From Candidatus Omnitrophota bacterium (GTDB lineage Bacteria > Omnitrophota > Omnitrophia > Omnitrophales > Aquincolibacteriaceae), in assembly GCA_022709525.1 (NCBI GenBank), contig JAKLIQ010000001.1:3797-67796 (forward strand): a stretch of 64,000 nt of DNA. The letters run 5' to 3'. Positions 1 through 9,085 of this stretch are shown here, one piece after another. The notes beneath the pieces were generated by a model that was not told where the DNA came from, searched no databases, and saw nothing but the letters and a program-made list of their open reading frames with translations. Position 1 is the stretch's first letter. The number at the start of each line of letters is the position of its first letter. Both the position numbers and the translations under genes were made by a program.

Positions 1-2
1 CC

Positions 3-167
3 GTTGCCAACGATCTGATCGTCAGCGACAATCTTCTATCGGCCGCCTTTGAAGGCGCTTATCACACGGCGCATATCAATGTTGTTTACATGAAAAAACA
101 GGAGCGGAAAGAACGCGCCGAGAAAGCGCTTGCCGAACTCCGCGGCCGCCTCACGAAGGGAAGTTAA
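3..167 (+). CDS. 3' end of an upstream CDS (partial, function unknown; possibly a folate-related cyclodeaminase or cyclohydrolase given the folD neighbour)
   Basis: Open frame from the window edge ends ...HINVVYMKKQERKERAEKALAELRGRLTKGS with stop TAA at 165-167, 1 nt before the folD ATG. Confidence 0.3.
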   Translation, partial: VANDLIVSDNLLSAAFEGAYHTAHINVVYMKKQERKERAEKALAELRGRLTKGS

Positions 168-168
168 A

Positions 169-1026
169 ATGGAAGCCAAAAGACTCGAAGGAAGAACCAT
201 TGCCGCGGATCTCCAAGGAAAGATCGTCGAAAAGATTGCGTCTTTTTCGGCCGCGGGCCTTCCGAGCCCGTCGCTTGTCGCGATCCAGACGAGCGCGGAC
301 CCTTCGGCGGCTTGGTATATCAACCAGCAGGAAAAGCTCGCCGCCAAACTCGGGGTCCATTTCAAGCGCATTTCGCCGGAACAAGTTAAGGACGAAAAGG
401 CCTTGATCCAGAAAGTTAAGGAGATCAGCGCCGATAAAGAAGTGCATGGCCTTTTTATTTCCATGCCGCTCCCGGCCGGGATCGACGCCGATAAGATTTT
501 ACTCGCTATGGACCCGCAAAAAGATGTCGAAGGTGTTCATCCGACAAGTTTGGGGCTCATCGTGCTCCGGCGCGGCAAACTTATTCCCCCAACGGCATTT
601 GCGGCTTACACGCTTATCAAGGCAAGCGGCATCATGTTGCGCGGCAAAAAGGCAGCGATCATCGGGCAAAGCGCGATCGTGGGCCGGCCGCTCCAACTTC
701 TTTTGGGCGAAGCGCGCGTGACGACTTTTGTTTGTAACACGGGCACCGCAACGGAAGACATCCGGAAGGTCGTGGGCGCAAGCGATATCGTTATCGCCTG
801 TTCCGGGAAACCGGGCCTGATCAAAGGGTCTTGGGTCAAACAAGGCGCGGTCGTGATCGATGTTGGGACCACCGAAGTCGACGGAAAGCTTCAAGGCGAT
901 GTCGAATTTGACGAAGCCATCAAAAAAGCGGCGTTCATCACTCCGGTCCCGGGCGGGGTCGGGCCGCTTACGGTGACCATGCTTATGGAAAATCTCATCA
1001 CCGCTTATGAGTGGCAGCAGAGATAA
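169..1026 (+). CDS. folD: bifunctional methylenetetrahydrofolate dehydrogenase / methenyl-THF cyclohydrolase
   Basis: ORF 130..1026; internal ATG at 169 preceded by GGGAAG. FolD-like sequence throughout (…AKRLEGRTIAADLQGKI… GLPSPSLVAIQ… GRPL… TVT). Length about 286 aa. Confidence 0.88.
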   Translation: MEAKRLEGRTIAADLQGKIVEKIASFSAAGLPSPSLVAIQTSADPSAAWYINQQEKLAAKLGVHFKRISPEQVKDEKALIQKVKEISADKEVHGLFISMPLPAGIDADKILLAMDPQKDVEGVHPTSLGLIVLRRGKLIPPTAFAAYTLIKASGIMLRGKKAAIIGQSAIVGRPLQLLLGEARVTTFVCNTGTATEDIRKVVGASDIVIACSGKPGLIKGSWVKQGAVVIDVGTTEVDGKLQGDVEFDEAIKKAAFITPVPGGVGPLTVTMLMENLITAYEWQQR

Positions 1027-1027
1027 C

Positions 1028-1099
1028 AGGGACTCGTTGCTCGCGACTCGCCCCTCGTTCTTTGAAAACGAGTCCCGAGGAGCAAGTCCCGAGTCCCGG
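1028..1099. repeat. REP-like composite inverted repeat, GGGACTCG…CGAGTCCC family, copy 1
   Basis: GGGACTCGTTGCTCGCGACTCGCCCCTCG…AAAACGAGTCCCGAGGAGCAAGTCCCGAGTCCC is an imperfect palindrome in the folD-panB spacer. The same motif architecture recurs at 29046, 46975 and 52480. Confidence 0.7.
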
Positions 1100-1108
1100 T
1101 TTTAAACT

Positions 1109-1900
1109 ATGAAACACACCCCCAAAACCATTTATTTAAAAAAACAGGCGGGCGAGAAGATCGTCTCCCTCAGTCTTTACGATTTTCCAACCGCCCGGAT
1201 CGCGGATCAAGCCGGCGTCGATCTCATCATGGTCGGCGATTCGGTCGGCATGGTCCTCTTAGGCCACCCAAGCACGCTTGCCATGACCGTCGAGCAGATG
1301 CTTTACCATACTGCCGCGGTTTCCAAGGCCGTCAAACGGGCCCTGGTCGTTGCCGATATGCCGGCTCATTCCTATGACGATCCCGCGACGGCGCTCCGTA
1401 ACGCGCGCCGTTTCTTAAAAGAATCTGGCGCGGACGCTGTCAAACTTGAGGGCGGCTCAAAGGTCCGCGATCAGATCAAGGAACTTGTCGCGGCGGGGAT
1501 CCCTGTGATGGGCCATGCCGGCATGCTTCCGCAGGGGATCGGCGACGGAAAATACCGCGTTTACGGCAAGGAATCCGCCGAAGCGAAAGAGATCTTCGAA
1601 GACGCAAAGTTGCTCGATCAACTGGGCGTTTTTTCGATCGTGCTGGAGTGCATACCGGCCAAACTAGCTGCCGAGATCACCCGCGCCGTTCGTTGTCCGA
1701 CGATCGGGATCGGAGCCGGGCCTTCTACGGACGGACAGGTGCTGGTGTTGCAGGATTTGCTCGGGATCCGTTCCGGGGTCAGCCCCCGTTTTGTGCGGCG
1801 TTATGCTAAACTAGAAGAAGCGATCCAAAAAGCGGTCGGCCGTTTTTGCCGGGATGTCCGGAAAAAGAAATTCCCTTCCAAAAAGGAGAGCTTTGCGTGA
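1109..1900 (+). CDS. panB: 3-methyl-2-oxobutanoate hydroxymethyltransferase (ketopantoate hydroxymethyltransferase)
   Basis: GVDLIMVGDSVGMV…TVEQMLYHTAAV…VADMP…SY… is typical PanB; 263 aa. Confidence 0.88.
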   Translation: MKHTPKTIYLKKQAGEKIVSLSLYDFPTARIADQAGVDLIMVGDSVGMVLLGHPSTLAMTVEQMLYHTAAVSKAVKRALVVADMPAHSYDDPATALRNARRFLKESGADAVKLEGGSKVRDQIKELVAAGIPVMGHAGMLPQGIGDGKYRVYGKESAEAKEIFEDAKLLDQLGVFSIVLECIPAKLAAEITRAVRCPTIGIGAGPSTDGQVLVLQDLLGIRSGVSPRFVRRYAKLEEAIQKAVGRFCRDVRKKKFPSKKESFA

Positions 1901-3360
1901 TCAAAGGCAAGAAGATCCTCGTTGCGGAAAAGGATGACGCGACGCGGGAACTTATTGTCATGCGGCTTCACTCCCGCCACCACAAAGTTTTCGAAGCTTC
2001 CAAGAGCAGCCAGGTTGTCCGATTCCTTGAACGCGAAGTCATCGATCTCATCCTTCTTTCAAGCGATATGGAGCCGGTGAACGGAAAAATGCTCATTCAG
2101 ATCATCCGTTCCCGTTCTCATCTGATGGCCGTTCCGGTCATTATGATCACCGAAGAGCATAAGTTGACGGAGCTGATGCTCGGGCATGAAAAGGGTTTTG
2201 ACGATTTTCTTGTTAAGCCGTTCAGTCCGCTCGTGCTGCAGCTGCGCGTGAATCTTAATATCGCGAAGACCATGGAGCGCGTGGAAGCCAACGCGCTCAC
2301 GCATCTCCCGGGCAATCACGCGATCGAAAAGATCGTGCTTAAAAAGATCCAGGCCAACGAAAAATTCTCGGTCCTCTATATCGATGTCAATAATTTCAAG
2401 GCCTTCAACGATCATTACAGCTTCCAAAAAGGCGACGACGTGATCTTACAAACCGCGCGGCTTCTGGTCTCGACCAGCCACGCTGTCGCGGGGGACGGGG
2501 AGTGTTTCATCGGGCACATCGGAGGCGACGATTTTATCGTGGTGCTTCCGGTCGAACTCGAAGAGGTCTTCGCGCGCCAATTCATCGATGATTTTGACCG
2601 GATCATTCCGACCTATTACACCCGCGCCGACCGGGACGCGGGATTTATCCGGGTGGAGAACCGCCGCAACAAAATGGAGAATTTTCCGCTCATGTCCTGC
2701 TCTGTGGCGGGATGCACAAATCTCTATCGCAACTATACGAGTCTTCGCGAGATCGCGCAGGACGCCGCTGAAGTGAAAAGTTTCCTTAAAACCCAGCCCG
2801 GCAGCCACTACTTGCAGGACCGGCGGTCGGCTCCGATCAAGAAACTAGACGATGCGGTGCACATTCTCGAGCCCGAGATCAAGCCGGCGAAACCTAAGAA
2901 ACGGGTGGATCCTCTGGGGCAGGTCCTTGTCAGCGCGGGGCTTCTTACGGAGGACGAGCTCGGCCAGGCGCTTAAAAAACATCTCGAAACGGGGCAACGC
3001 CTCGGCCAAACCCTGATCGCCATGGACCTTATCTCGAGCCAGGATATCGGGAAGATGCTTGAGAAGAAACTCAAAGTCCCTTATTTCAGTCTTAAAGAAT
3101 GGACACCGGACCCGGAAGCTTTCCATCTCTTCAACCGGGAGTTTATTTTTCATCATCGCGTGGTTCCGATCGGAGTTTCGGAGGGCTCCTTGCGTGTCGC
3201 GATGTGCGATCCGTTCAATTTAAAGACGTTAGACACTATTGAACGGATCACGGGCTTCCGCCCCGTACCTTATCTGGCCCTCGAAGATGAATTCGAGCAA
3301 TTTTTCGAAGCGCTTACTCCCGAACCCGAACCTGAAACTCGGGCTCAAAAAGTATTATAG
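1897..3360 (+). CDS. response-regulator receiver - degenerate GGDEF (GGDDF) - MshEN/T2SSE_N domain protein; putative c-di-GMP effector or atypical cyclase
   Basis: ORF 1846..3360. The likely start is GTG 1897 (RBS AAAAGGAGAG at 1881-1890), overlapping the panB stop (GTGA). The REC domain has its Asp in LILLSSDMEP. The GGDEF-like core reads IGGDDF and lacks the RYGGEEF Arg. The C-terminus (…LGQVLVSAGLLTEDELGQALKKH…LGQTLIAMDLISSQDIGKML…) resembles the GspE/MshE N-terminal domain. Confidence 0.75.
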   Translation: MIKGKKILVAEKDDATRELIVMRLHSRHHKVFEASKSSQVVRFLEREVIDLILLSSDMEPVNGKMLIQIIRSRSHLMAVPVIMITEEHKLTELMLGHEKGFDDFLVKPFSPLVLQLRVNLNIAKTMERVEANALTHLPGNHAIEKIVLKKIQANEKFSVLYIDVNNFKAFNDHYSFQKGDDVILQTARLLVSTSHAVAGDGECFIGHIGGDDFIVVLPVELEEVFARQFIDDFDRIIPTYYTRADRDAGFIRVENRRNKMENFPLMSCSVAGCTNLYRNYTSLREIAQDAAEVKSFLKTQPGSHYLQDRRSAPIKKLDDAVHILEPEIKPAKPKKRVDPLGQVLVSAGLLTEDELGQALKKHLETGQRLGQTLIAMDLISSQDIGKMLEKKLKVPYFSLKEWTPDPEAFHLFNREFIFHHRVVPIGVSEGSLRVAMCDPFNLKTLDTIERITGFRPVPYLALEDEFEQFFEALTPEPEPETRAQKVL

Positions 3361-3395
3361 AAATAACCTTCTTTAGCCGTCTTTATAATGAGGGC

Positions 3396-3761
3396 ATGAC
3401 GTATATCATGCCGCGGATAAAGGCCATGGGGATCGAATCCTTTCCTGAGATCGAGAATTTTCAAAAACTGCCGCGTGAAGTGATTATCAAAGGCGCCAGC
3501 ACTCACTTCAATGAGGCCGAAGGCGCGTCCCTTCAAGGCATCGTGATCAATAATATTGGCCATCCCATCAAGAATATCCGGGCCCATCTGGTGATCCTCA
3601 ATAAGGACAAAGTGCCCCTCTTGGGGACCAGCGTCCCGACGGATCCCGACCATTTACCCCAGGGCGGGATCGCCAATTTCCGTTTTCATCTCAAAGAACA
3701 TAAAAAAGAGATCAAGGAATACTTCCTGCACGCCAACTGGGGCTTTGACGAAAAGGTATAG
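3396..3761 (+). CDS. hypothetical protein
   Basis: 121-aa ORF co-directional with its neighbours, with GAGGG upstream of the ATG. No recognisable domain. A 102-aa antisense ORF overlaps it. Confidence 0.4.
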   Translation: MTYIMPRIKAMGIESFPEIENFQKLPREVIIKGASTHFNEAEGASLQGIVINNIGHPIKNIRAHLVILNKDKVPLLGTSVPTDPDHLPQGGIANFRFHLKEHKKEIKEYFLHANWGFDEKV

Positions 3762-3823
3762 TTCGTTTAAGCTATGTTCCAGGCACGGAAAGGATCAAAA
3801 AGGTCTTCCGGAAAAGGATCCCA

Positions 3824-4024
3824 GTGGAAAAATATAAATGCCCGGTTTGCGGGGAGGAAATGGAACATGATCTGATGGTCTTCTTGAAGCATACCGACCA
3901 TCACATCATCGACATTATCTTGAAAGAGCATCCCCAGTGGGTGCACGGGGACGGGATCTGCCGGGAATGTCTGGATTATTACAAGAAGAGCATGGGTCAT
4001 ACTTCCTACATGGACGAGCTCTGA
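3824..4024 (+). CDS. small zinc-ribbon protein (CxxC…CxxC)
   Basis: 66 aa: MEKYKCPVCGEEM…GICRECLDYY has two CxxC pairs. Confidence 0.45.
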   Translation: MEKYKCPVCGEEMEHDLMVFLKHTDHHIIDIILKEHPQWVHGDGICRECLDYYKKSMGHTSYMDEL

Positions 4025-4057
4025 AAAGAGCCGGTTAAAAAGTCAGGGATCATAAGG

Positions 4058-4510
4058 TTGATGAAGAAGTTCTGGGTCGGCGGTGTTTTGTTTTTTTCTT
4101 TCGTGCTTGCGGGAGGGCCGGTTCCGGCGGTTTTGGCCGCTGAGGATCTGCCGCCTCTTGAGACCTCCCAGGCCTATCAGGACTTCCTCAAAAAACCTTC
4201 AAGCGATCTTTCAAAGATGATCTGTGTCCTGAACTATTTCAGGACGACGCCGCTCATCGTCCAGTATGACGGGATCGATTATACGGTCCAGTTCGCGTAT
4301 CCCTATGGCCTTGTGTACCTGATGACAAATTATCGTAATGAGCGTCCGGAAGAATGGGCAAAGAAACATTGTTACCGTTCGCTTTTTGGAAATAACATCA
4401 TTTTTTTTAAATTCGAGGACGGCAGTTACCGTCCGGCTCGCGATGTGATCATCGAGAAATTCCATGAGCTTGAAGAAGCTCTGAAGAAACAAGCGTCCGG
4501 GACTTTTTGA
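4058..4510 (+). CDS. secreted hypothetical protein
   Basis: N-terminal signal-like segment MMKKFWVGGVLFFSFVLAGGPVPAVLAAED; 150 aa. Confidence 0.5.
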   Translation: MMKKFWVGGVLFFSFVLAGGPVPAVLAAEDLPPLETSQAYQDFLKKPSSDLSKMICVLNYFRTTPLIVQYDGIDYTVQFAYPYGLVYLMTNYRNERPEEWAKKHCYRSLFGNNIIFFKFEDGSYRPARDVIIEKFHELEEALKKQASGTF

Positions 4511-4535
4511 TCGGATCCAAAAGAAAGGCGTTTTT

Positions 4536-4760
4536 ATGGAAATCGATATGGATGTCAAACCCGTAAGGTCGCGCGATCTTGCGTTGATCGGTTACGATCA
4601 CGCCTCCTCGACCCTGGAGGTCGTTTTCCGCGCCGGCGGTGTTTACCGTTATCGCGAGGTGCCGGAAAGCGTCTATCACGGGCTGATGACCGCTCCGTCA
4701 CACGGCGCTTTTTTCCAGAAGCATATCAAGGCCCAGTACACCTTTACCAAGATCAGCTGA
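4536..4760 (+). CDS. KTSC domain protein
   Basis: LALIGYDHASSTLEVVFRAGGVYRYREVPESVYHGLMTAPSHGAFF matches the KTSC pattern (IGYD…L.V.F..GG.Y.Y..VP..VY..L). Confidence 0.55.
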   Translation: MEIDMDVKPVRSRDLALIGYDHASSTLEVVFRAGGVYRYREVPESVYHGLMTAPSHGAFFQKHIKAQYTFTKIS

Positions 4761-4768
4761 ACCGGCCC

Positions 4769-5596
4769 ATGAAAATGAAACGGTTTTTTGTTCTTATTCT
4801 GGTCTTTTTTCTTTTTTGCCCCGCCGCTTCCCGCGGCGAAGTTTCTCCGCTTGAGATCGAAGCATTTCCGGATCAAAGCACGGTCCAAGCCGGCACGATG
4901 TTCCTTGTCCATATGCGGGTCGTGAATCCGAGCCCGGATTCCTCCACGCAATTCTGGGCTTACAGTTGTTCCTATGAAAAACACTGGATCACGGATAACC
5001 CCGAAGTCCTGATCCAGCCGTGGACTTGCGATGAAAATTCCCTCGAGGAAGTTCCTCTTGGCCCCGGCGAGGCCTACGAAAAAGACATCATGCTCCATAT
5101 CCCCGGCAAGGATCAGACCGGGACGCTCACATTCCATCTCGGATTCAAGCGCATGAGCGAGAACGGCGATGTTGCCGAACCTCTCTGGAGCGACCCCGTG
5201 ACCATGAAAGTCATCGTTCCGGAAGAAATGAAAGAAGAGTCCTCCGGCGTTACAACGGTTCCTCCGGAAGGAACGCAACCTCGCGTTTTTGAGGACTCAA
5301 GCGTTTCCATTCAGGTGCGGGTCGGGGAGGAGTTTTCGATTTCGCTCACCAGCAATCCTTCGACGGGTTATTCCTGGCGGATGACCTTGCCGGAAAATGA
5401 CACAACGGTCAGATCGCTCGGCTCCGAATTTTCCTCGGCTCAAACCGACAGAGTGGGGGCGCCTGGGAAAGAGATCTTCAAGTTCAAGGCCTTGAACCCG
5501 GGCGAGACCAAAGCCGATTTTATTTACCGGCGGTCCTGGGAAGCCGAGACGGACCCGCCCCGGGAAACTTTTACCATCATTGTTTCCGACAATTAA
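4769..5596 (+). CDS. secreted protein with a C-terminal chagasin-like (I42) peptidase-inhibitor domain
   Basis: Signal peptide MKMKRFFVLILVFFLFCPAASRG. The C-terminal domain carries NPSTGYSWR, the hallmark NPTTGY(S/R)W motif of the chagasin family. Confidence 0.6.
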   Translation: MKMKRFFVLILVFFLFCPAASRGEVSPLEIEAFPDQSTVQAGTMFLVHMRVVNPSPDSSTQFWAYSCSYEKHWITDNPEVLIQPWTCDENSLEEVPLGPGEAYEKDIMLHIPGKDQTGTLTFHLGFKRMSENGDVAEPLWSDPVTMKVIVPEEMKEESSGVTTVPPEGTQPRVFEDSSVSIQVRVGEEFSISLTSNPSTGYSWRMTLPENDTTVRSLGSEFSSAQTDRVGAPGKEIFKFKALNPGETKADFIYRRSWEAETDPPRETFTIIVSDN

Positions 5597-5620
5597 TCCT
5601 CTCTCCCTTCGCGGGGCCCC

Positions 5621-7012
5621 ATGCATCACTCTCATGCTGTGATCGTCGGCGGCGGCATTTCCGGACTTACCGCCGCATATTTTCTCCGTCAGAAAGCCCT
5701 TCGCGAGAACTTTCCTGTTAAGATCACGCTGCTTGAATCCTCGGACCGTTTTGGGGGCGCGCTTCAAACGATCGCCTATGAAGATTTTTGGATGGAAACT
5801 GCCGCGGACGCTTTTGATGCGGGGCACAGGGACGTTCTTGATCTTTGCGGCGAGTTGGGGCTTGGATCCGAGCTCCTGGAGGCCTCTCCGGCCTTCCGCC
5901 GTTTTTCCATGTTCAAGGGGGAAAGGATCTTCTCCGCCCTTGATTTTCCCGATTCTTTTCATGAAGCCATTTCCTTTTTAAAAAACGCGCCTTTGAGCCT
6001 TCCGACTAAATGCCGGATGCTCCGAGAACCCTTTGTGTCACGGAAAAAAGAAGAAAAGGACGAAAGTTTCGCCGATCTTATCTGCCGCCGCCTCGGAGCT
6101 GGTTTTGTCCGCGAATTTGCGGGTCCTCTGGCCCGCGGCATTTATATGGCGGGCCCCCAACACCTGAGCGTGAAGGCCGTGTTCCCGCGTCTTGTCGAGG
6201 CGGAACGAAGTTACGGGTCTTTGACGGCATCCTGGCGGGGCCGCGGCGGCGAAAAAAAGGAAAAAAATCCCGGTTTTTTTGCTTTCCGGAACGGATTTGA
6301 AGTATGGGTTAAAAAACTCGCTCAAGAACTGAGGCCGTGCGAACTTCGGCTGTCGACGCCCGTTCGCTCATGTTTCTATGATGCAGGCTGGAAGATCTTG
6401 TTGCAAACAGGGGAGACGCTTCAAGCCGACCTGTTATGCCTCGCCGTCAAGGCATGGGAAAGCGCCCGGCTTCTCGAGGAAGCGTCGCCGGAACTTTCGC
6501 GGGAGCTTTCGGGTATTTTTTATGACTCGATCATCACGGTTCCTATGGTTTATCGGTCCGAAAATATTCCCGCTCAGTTGGCGGACCCTAAATTTTTGAT
6601 ACCCGCTCCGGGCGAAAAGAGTCCTTTTTGCAGTCTGAAATGCCTGGGCGGGAGCGCGGATGGAAAATACCGCCTTTTCCGGGTTTTTATTTCGAAAACC
6701 CTTTTACCGGAAGTGTTCGATTATGATGATGAAGTCATCCGGGAAAAGATCCTCTGTTTTTTTAAAAAGACCGGCCATGTCAGAACTCCTCCTGAATTTG
6801 TCCGCGTAGAACGTTATCCGCGTGCCTTGCCGCGCTATGAGCCCGGCCACCTTGAACGGGTGGCAAGGGTCGAGGAGAAAACCCGCCGGCACCGGGGGCT
6901 TTATCTCGCGGGGAACGGATTTTTTGGCTTTGGCATTACGGATTGTGTGCGCCGCGCGAAACATATTGCCCGCAACGCGGAACTCCCGGATTGGCAACCC
7001 TGCGGCGGATGA
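5621..7012 (+). CDS. protoporphyrinogen/coproporphyrinogen oxidase-like FAD amine oxidoreductase (HemY family)
   Basis: N-terminal Rossmann motif VIVGGGISGLTAAYFL…LLES..R.GG; 463 aa, the typical HemY/PPOX length. Confidence 0.6.
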   Translation: MHHSHAVIVGGGISGLTAAYFLRQKALRENFPVKITLLESSDRFGGALQTIAYEDFWMETAADAFDAGHRDVLDLCGELGLGSELLEASPAFRRFSMFKGERIFSALDFPDSFHEAISFLKNAPLSLPTKCRMLREPFVSRKKEEKDESFADLICRRLGAGFVREFAGPLARGIYMAGPQHLSVKAVFPRLVEAERSYGSLTASWRGRGGEKKEKNPGFFAFRNGFEVWVKKLAQELRPCELRLSTPVRSCFYDAGWKILLQTGETLQADLLCLAVKAWESARLLEEASPELSRELSGIFYDSIITVPMVYRSENIPAQLADPKFLIPAPGEKSPFCSLKCLGGSADGKYRLFRVFISKTLLPEVFDYDDEVIREKILCFFKKTGHVRTPPEFVRVERYPRALPRYEPGHLERVARVEEKTRRHRGLYLAGNGFFGFGITDCVRRAKHIARNAELPDWQPCGG

Positions 7013-7026
7013 GGTAGAATGTCCTC

Positions 7027-7860
7027 ATGGATCCGAAAACTCTTCACTTCAATACGCCGCCGCCGGCGTCCCTGACAAAGATCGAACAGGCGATCGCTTT
7101 AGAGCGCGAGGCGCATCGCCTTCGCGGTGAACGCAAGATCGATCAGGCCTTTCAAACCTTCGACCAGGCGGCGCGGCTTTTTCAGGAGGCGAACGAACCG
7201 CTCAAGGCGGCGGTCTGCTTTTCTTCCGCGGCCACCTGTTGGAACATTCATACCGGTTGGCAGCCGCTTCGCAACGCCGCGACCCGTAACGAATCGGCGG
7301 CGCTTCAGGCTGTTAAGGCCCAGGACTATGGCTATGCCGAAACCCTTTTCAGCGAAGCCGCCCTTCTTTATGAGAAAGAAGGGGATTTTACGAAATATTC
7401 TTACTGTTACCGCCGTTCCAAAGACGCCCGCCTTTTGCGTTTGTGGCGGACCTTCGTCCCCGGGCGGGCGCAAGGGCCTATGGCCGTCGGGATCCAGACC
7501 GTTGCTTGGAAAGACCGCTTTGCGAATTTTTTCAGCTGGATCTTCGGTTCCCTCAACCGTTTGATCTGGGGTTACGGGGAACTGCCGTTCCGCGTTTTCG
7601 GGATCGCCTGCATGATCATGATCGCAAGCGCTCTTTGTTATCATTTTTCAGAAAAAATATTGATCGGCGGATTTGTCCAGAAGATCGATCTTTTCGAATC
7701 TTTCTATTTCAGCATTATCGCTTACACAACGGTGGGTTACGGCGATTATCTTCCGATGGGCTGGACACGCGCTGTCGCCGCATTCGAAGCCCTTTCGGGC
7801 GTTTTGCTGATTCCGCTTTTTGTGATCGCTCTGACGCGCCGTTATTTAAGAACCAAATAA
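7027..7860 (+). CDS. two-TM potassium channel family protein (Ion_trans_2) with an N-terminal cytoplasmic domain
   Basis: K+ selectivity filter IIAYTTVGYGDYLP flanked by hydrophobic helices. Confidence 0.7.
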   Translation: MDPKTLHFNTPPPASLTKIEQAIALEREAHRLRGERKIDQAFQTFDQAARLFQEANEPLKAAVCFSSAATCWNIHTGWQPLRNAATRNESAALQAVKAQDYGYAETLFSEAALLYEKEGDFTKYSYCYRRSKDARLLRLWRTFVPGRAQGPMAVGIQTVAWKDRFANFFSWIFGSLNRLIWGYGELPFRVFGIACMIMIASALCYHFSEKILIGGFVQKIDLFESFYFSIIAYTTVGYGDYLPMGWTRAVAAFEALSGVLLIPLFVIALTRRYLRTK

Positions 7861-7888
7861 AATTCCGTCAACTTTAAGGAGGTATTTT

Positions 7889-8428
7889 ATGAGCCGCATT
7901 CAACCGTTAGATCCCGAAAAAACGCAAGGCAAGGTCAAAGAGCTTTTGGCTACGATCAAGGCGAAATCCGGCCGGGTTCCCAATATCTTCAAGACGATGG
8001 CCCATTCTTCAACGGCGCTCCAGGCCTATCTGGGCTTCAGCGGCGCTTTTGCCGACGCGAAGCTTTCAGCCAAAGTCCGGGAGCAGATCGCGCTTGCGGT
8101 CGGAGAAGACAATCAATGTCAATATTGTCTTTCAGCCCATTCGGCGATCGGGAAACTTGCCGGGCTGACGCCTGAGGAGATCGAATCAGGCCGGCGCGCA
8201 AAGTCCGCCGATCCCAAAACGAACGCGATCCTCAAATTGGCGAAAAAGCTTTCTTCAAACCGAGGTAATATCACGGATGCTGAACTTGCCGAAGCGCGCA
8301 AGGCGGGGTGTTCCGACGAAGAGGTCCTTGAGATCATTGCGGCCGTCGCGCTTAATATTTTTACGAATTACATCAATCACGTGGCCGATACGGCCGTCGA
8401 TTTTCCTCAAGCTCCGCCGCTTTCTTGA
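7889..8428 (+). CDS. carboxymuconolactone decarboxylase-family / AhpD-like peroxidase-related protein
   Basis: CQYCLSAH CxxC motif in a 179-aa all-alpha protein typical of the AhpD/CMD family. RBS AAGGAGG upstream. Confidence 0.7.
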   Translation: MSRIQPLDPEKTQGKVKELLATIKAKSGRVPNIFKTMAHSSTALQAYLGFSGAFADAKLSAKVREQIALAVGEDNQCQYCLSAHSAIGKLAGLTPEEIESGRRAKSADPKTNAILKLAKKLSSNRGNITDAELAEARKAGCSDEEVLEIIAAVALNIFTNYINHVADTAVDFPQAPPLS

Positions 8429-8468
8429 GTCGGAGGATTGAATTGCGGGGGCAGATCAAGGTTCGGGC

Positions 8469-9047
8469 ATGGAACAACTGAAGCATTTCGATTCTTTGAG
8501 TTTGCGCGAAAAAACGAAATACGAGGGCGTTCCCGAGACCTGGAAGTTAAAACCGGTTTGCTGCCTTTCGGATATTTCGGAAAAAGAAGTTTATTATGCG
8601 GTGCTGGAGGGCTGGGCGAGCGCCGGAATGGCGGCGCTCCGGAGCGCGCATGCCTTCACGCTGTTTTTGATCAACGCCCAGGGCGAAGAGATCCTTTATT
8701 TCAAAAAAAGCGCCGGTCTTTTTTCCAATAAAATGGAAGTTTTCAACGACTCCGAGGAGTTGCTCGGTTCGGCGCAAAAGCACGGCTCGGGGTCGGGGCA
8801 TTTCCGGGTCGCGGACGCTTCGAACCAGGTCCTTTATGAGGTCGCGGAGGCGTTCCCGGGTTCGACCGAGACTTTCCGTGTCCGTAAAAACGGCGTGACC
8901 CTGGGGAAGATCAGCCGGCGCCCGGGGCGGACCGTTGAAGGAGAAAAGAAGCGCGTCTCATTCGGGATCACTTTTCCGCTCGAGGCGGACACGGTCGAAA
9001 AAAGCGTTCTATTAGGCGCCCTTTTTTTGATCGATCTTTCGTTTTAA
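8469..9047 (+). CDS. hypothetical protein, possibly LURP-one-related / tubby C-terminal-like fold
   Basis: Pattern …FTLFLINAQGEEILYFKK…HFRVADASNQVLYEV…FRVRKNGVTLGKISR… resembles DUF567/LOR proteins. The true start is uncertain. Confidence 0.35.
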   Translation: MEQLKHFDSLSLREKTKYEGVPETWKLKPVCCLSDISEKEVYYAVLEGWASAGMAALRSAHAFTLFLINAQGEEILYFKKSAGLFSNKMEVFNDSEELLGSAQKHGSGSGHFRVADASNQVLYEVAEAFPGSTETFRVRKNGVTLGKISRRPGRTVEGEKKRVSFGITFPLEADTVEKSVLLGALFLIDLSF

Positions 9048-9085
9048 AGTGAACTTTATCATCTCAGTCATAGAACCGGAAAGGA

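Noticed and set aside
3767-4000. 77-aa minus-strand ORF
   Set aside because: Overlaps the CxxC…CxxC zinc-ribbon ORF on the + strand, which is co-directional with its neighbours. The minus product has no features.
5297-5962. 221-aa minus-strand ORF
   Set aside because: Overlaps the chagasin-like and PPOX-like genes on the other strand. Gly/Arg-rich.
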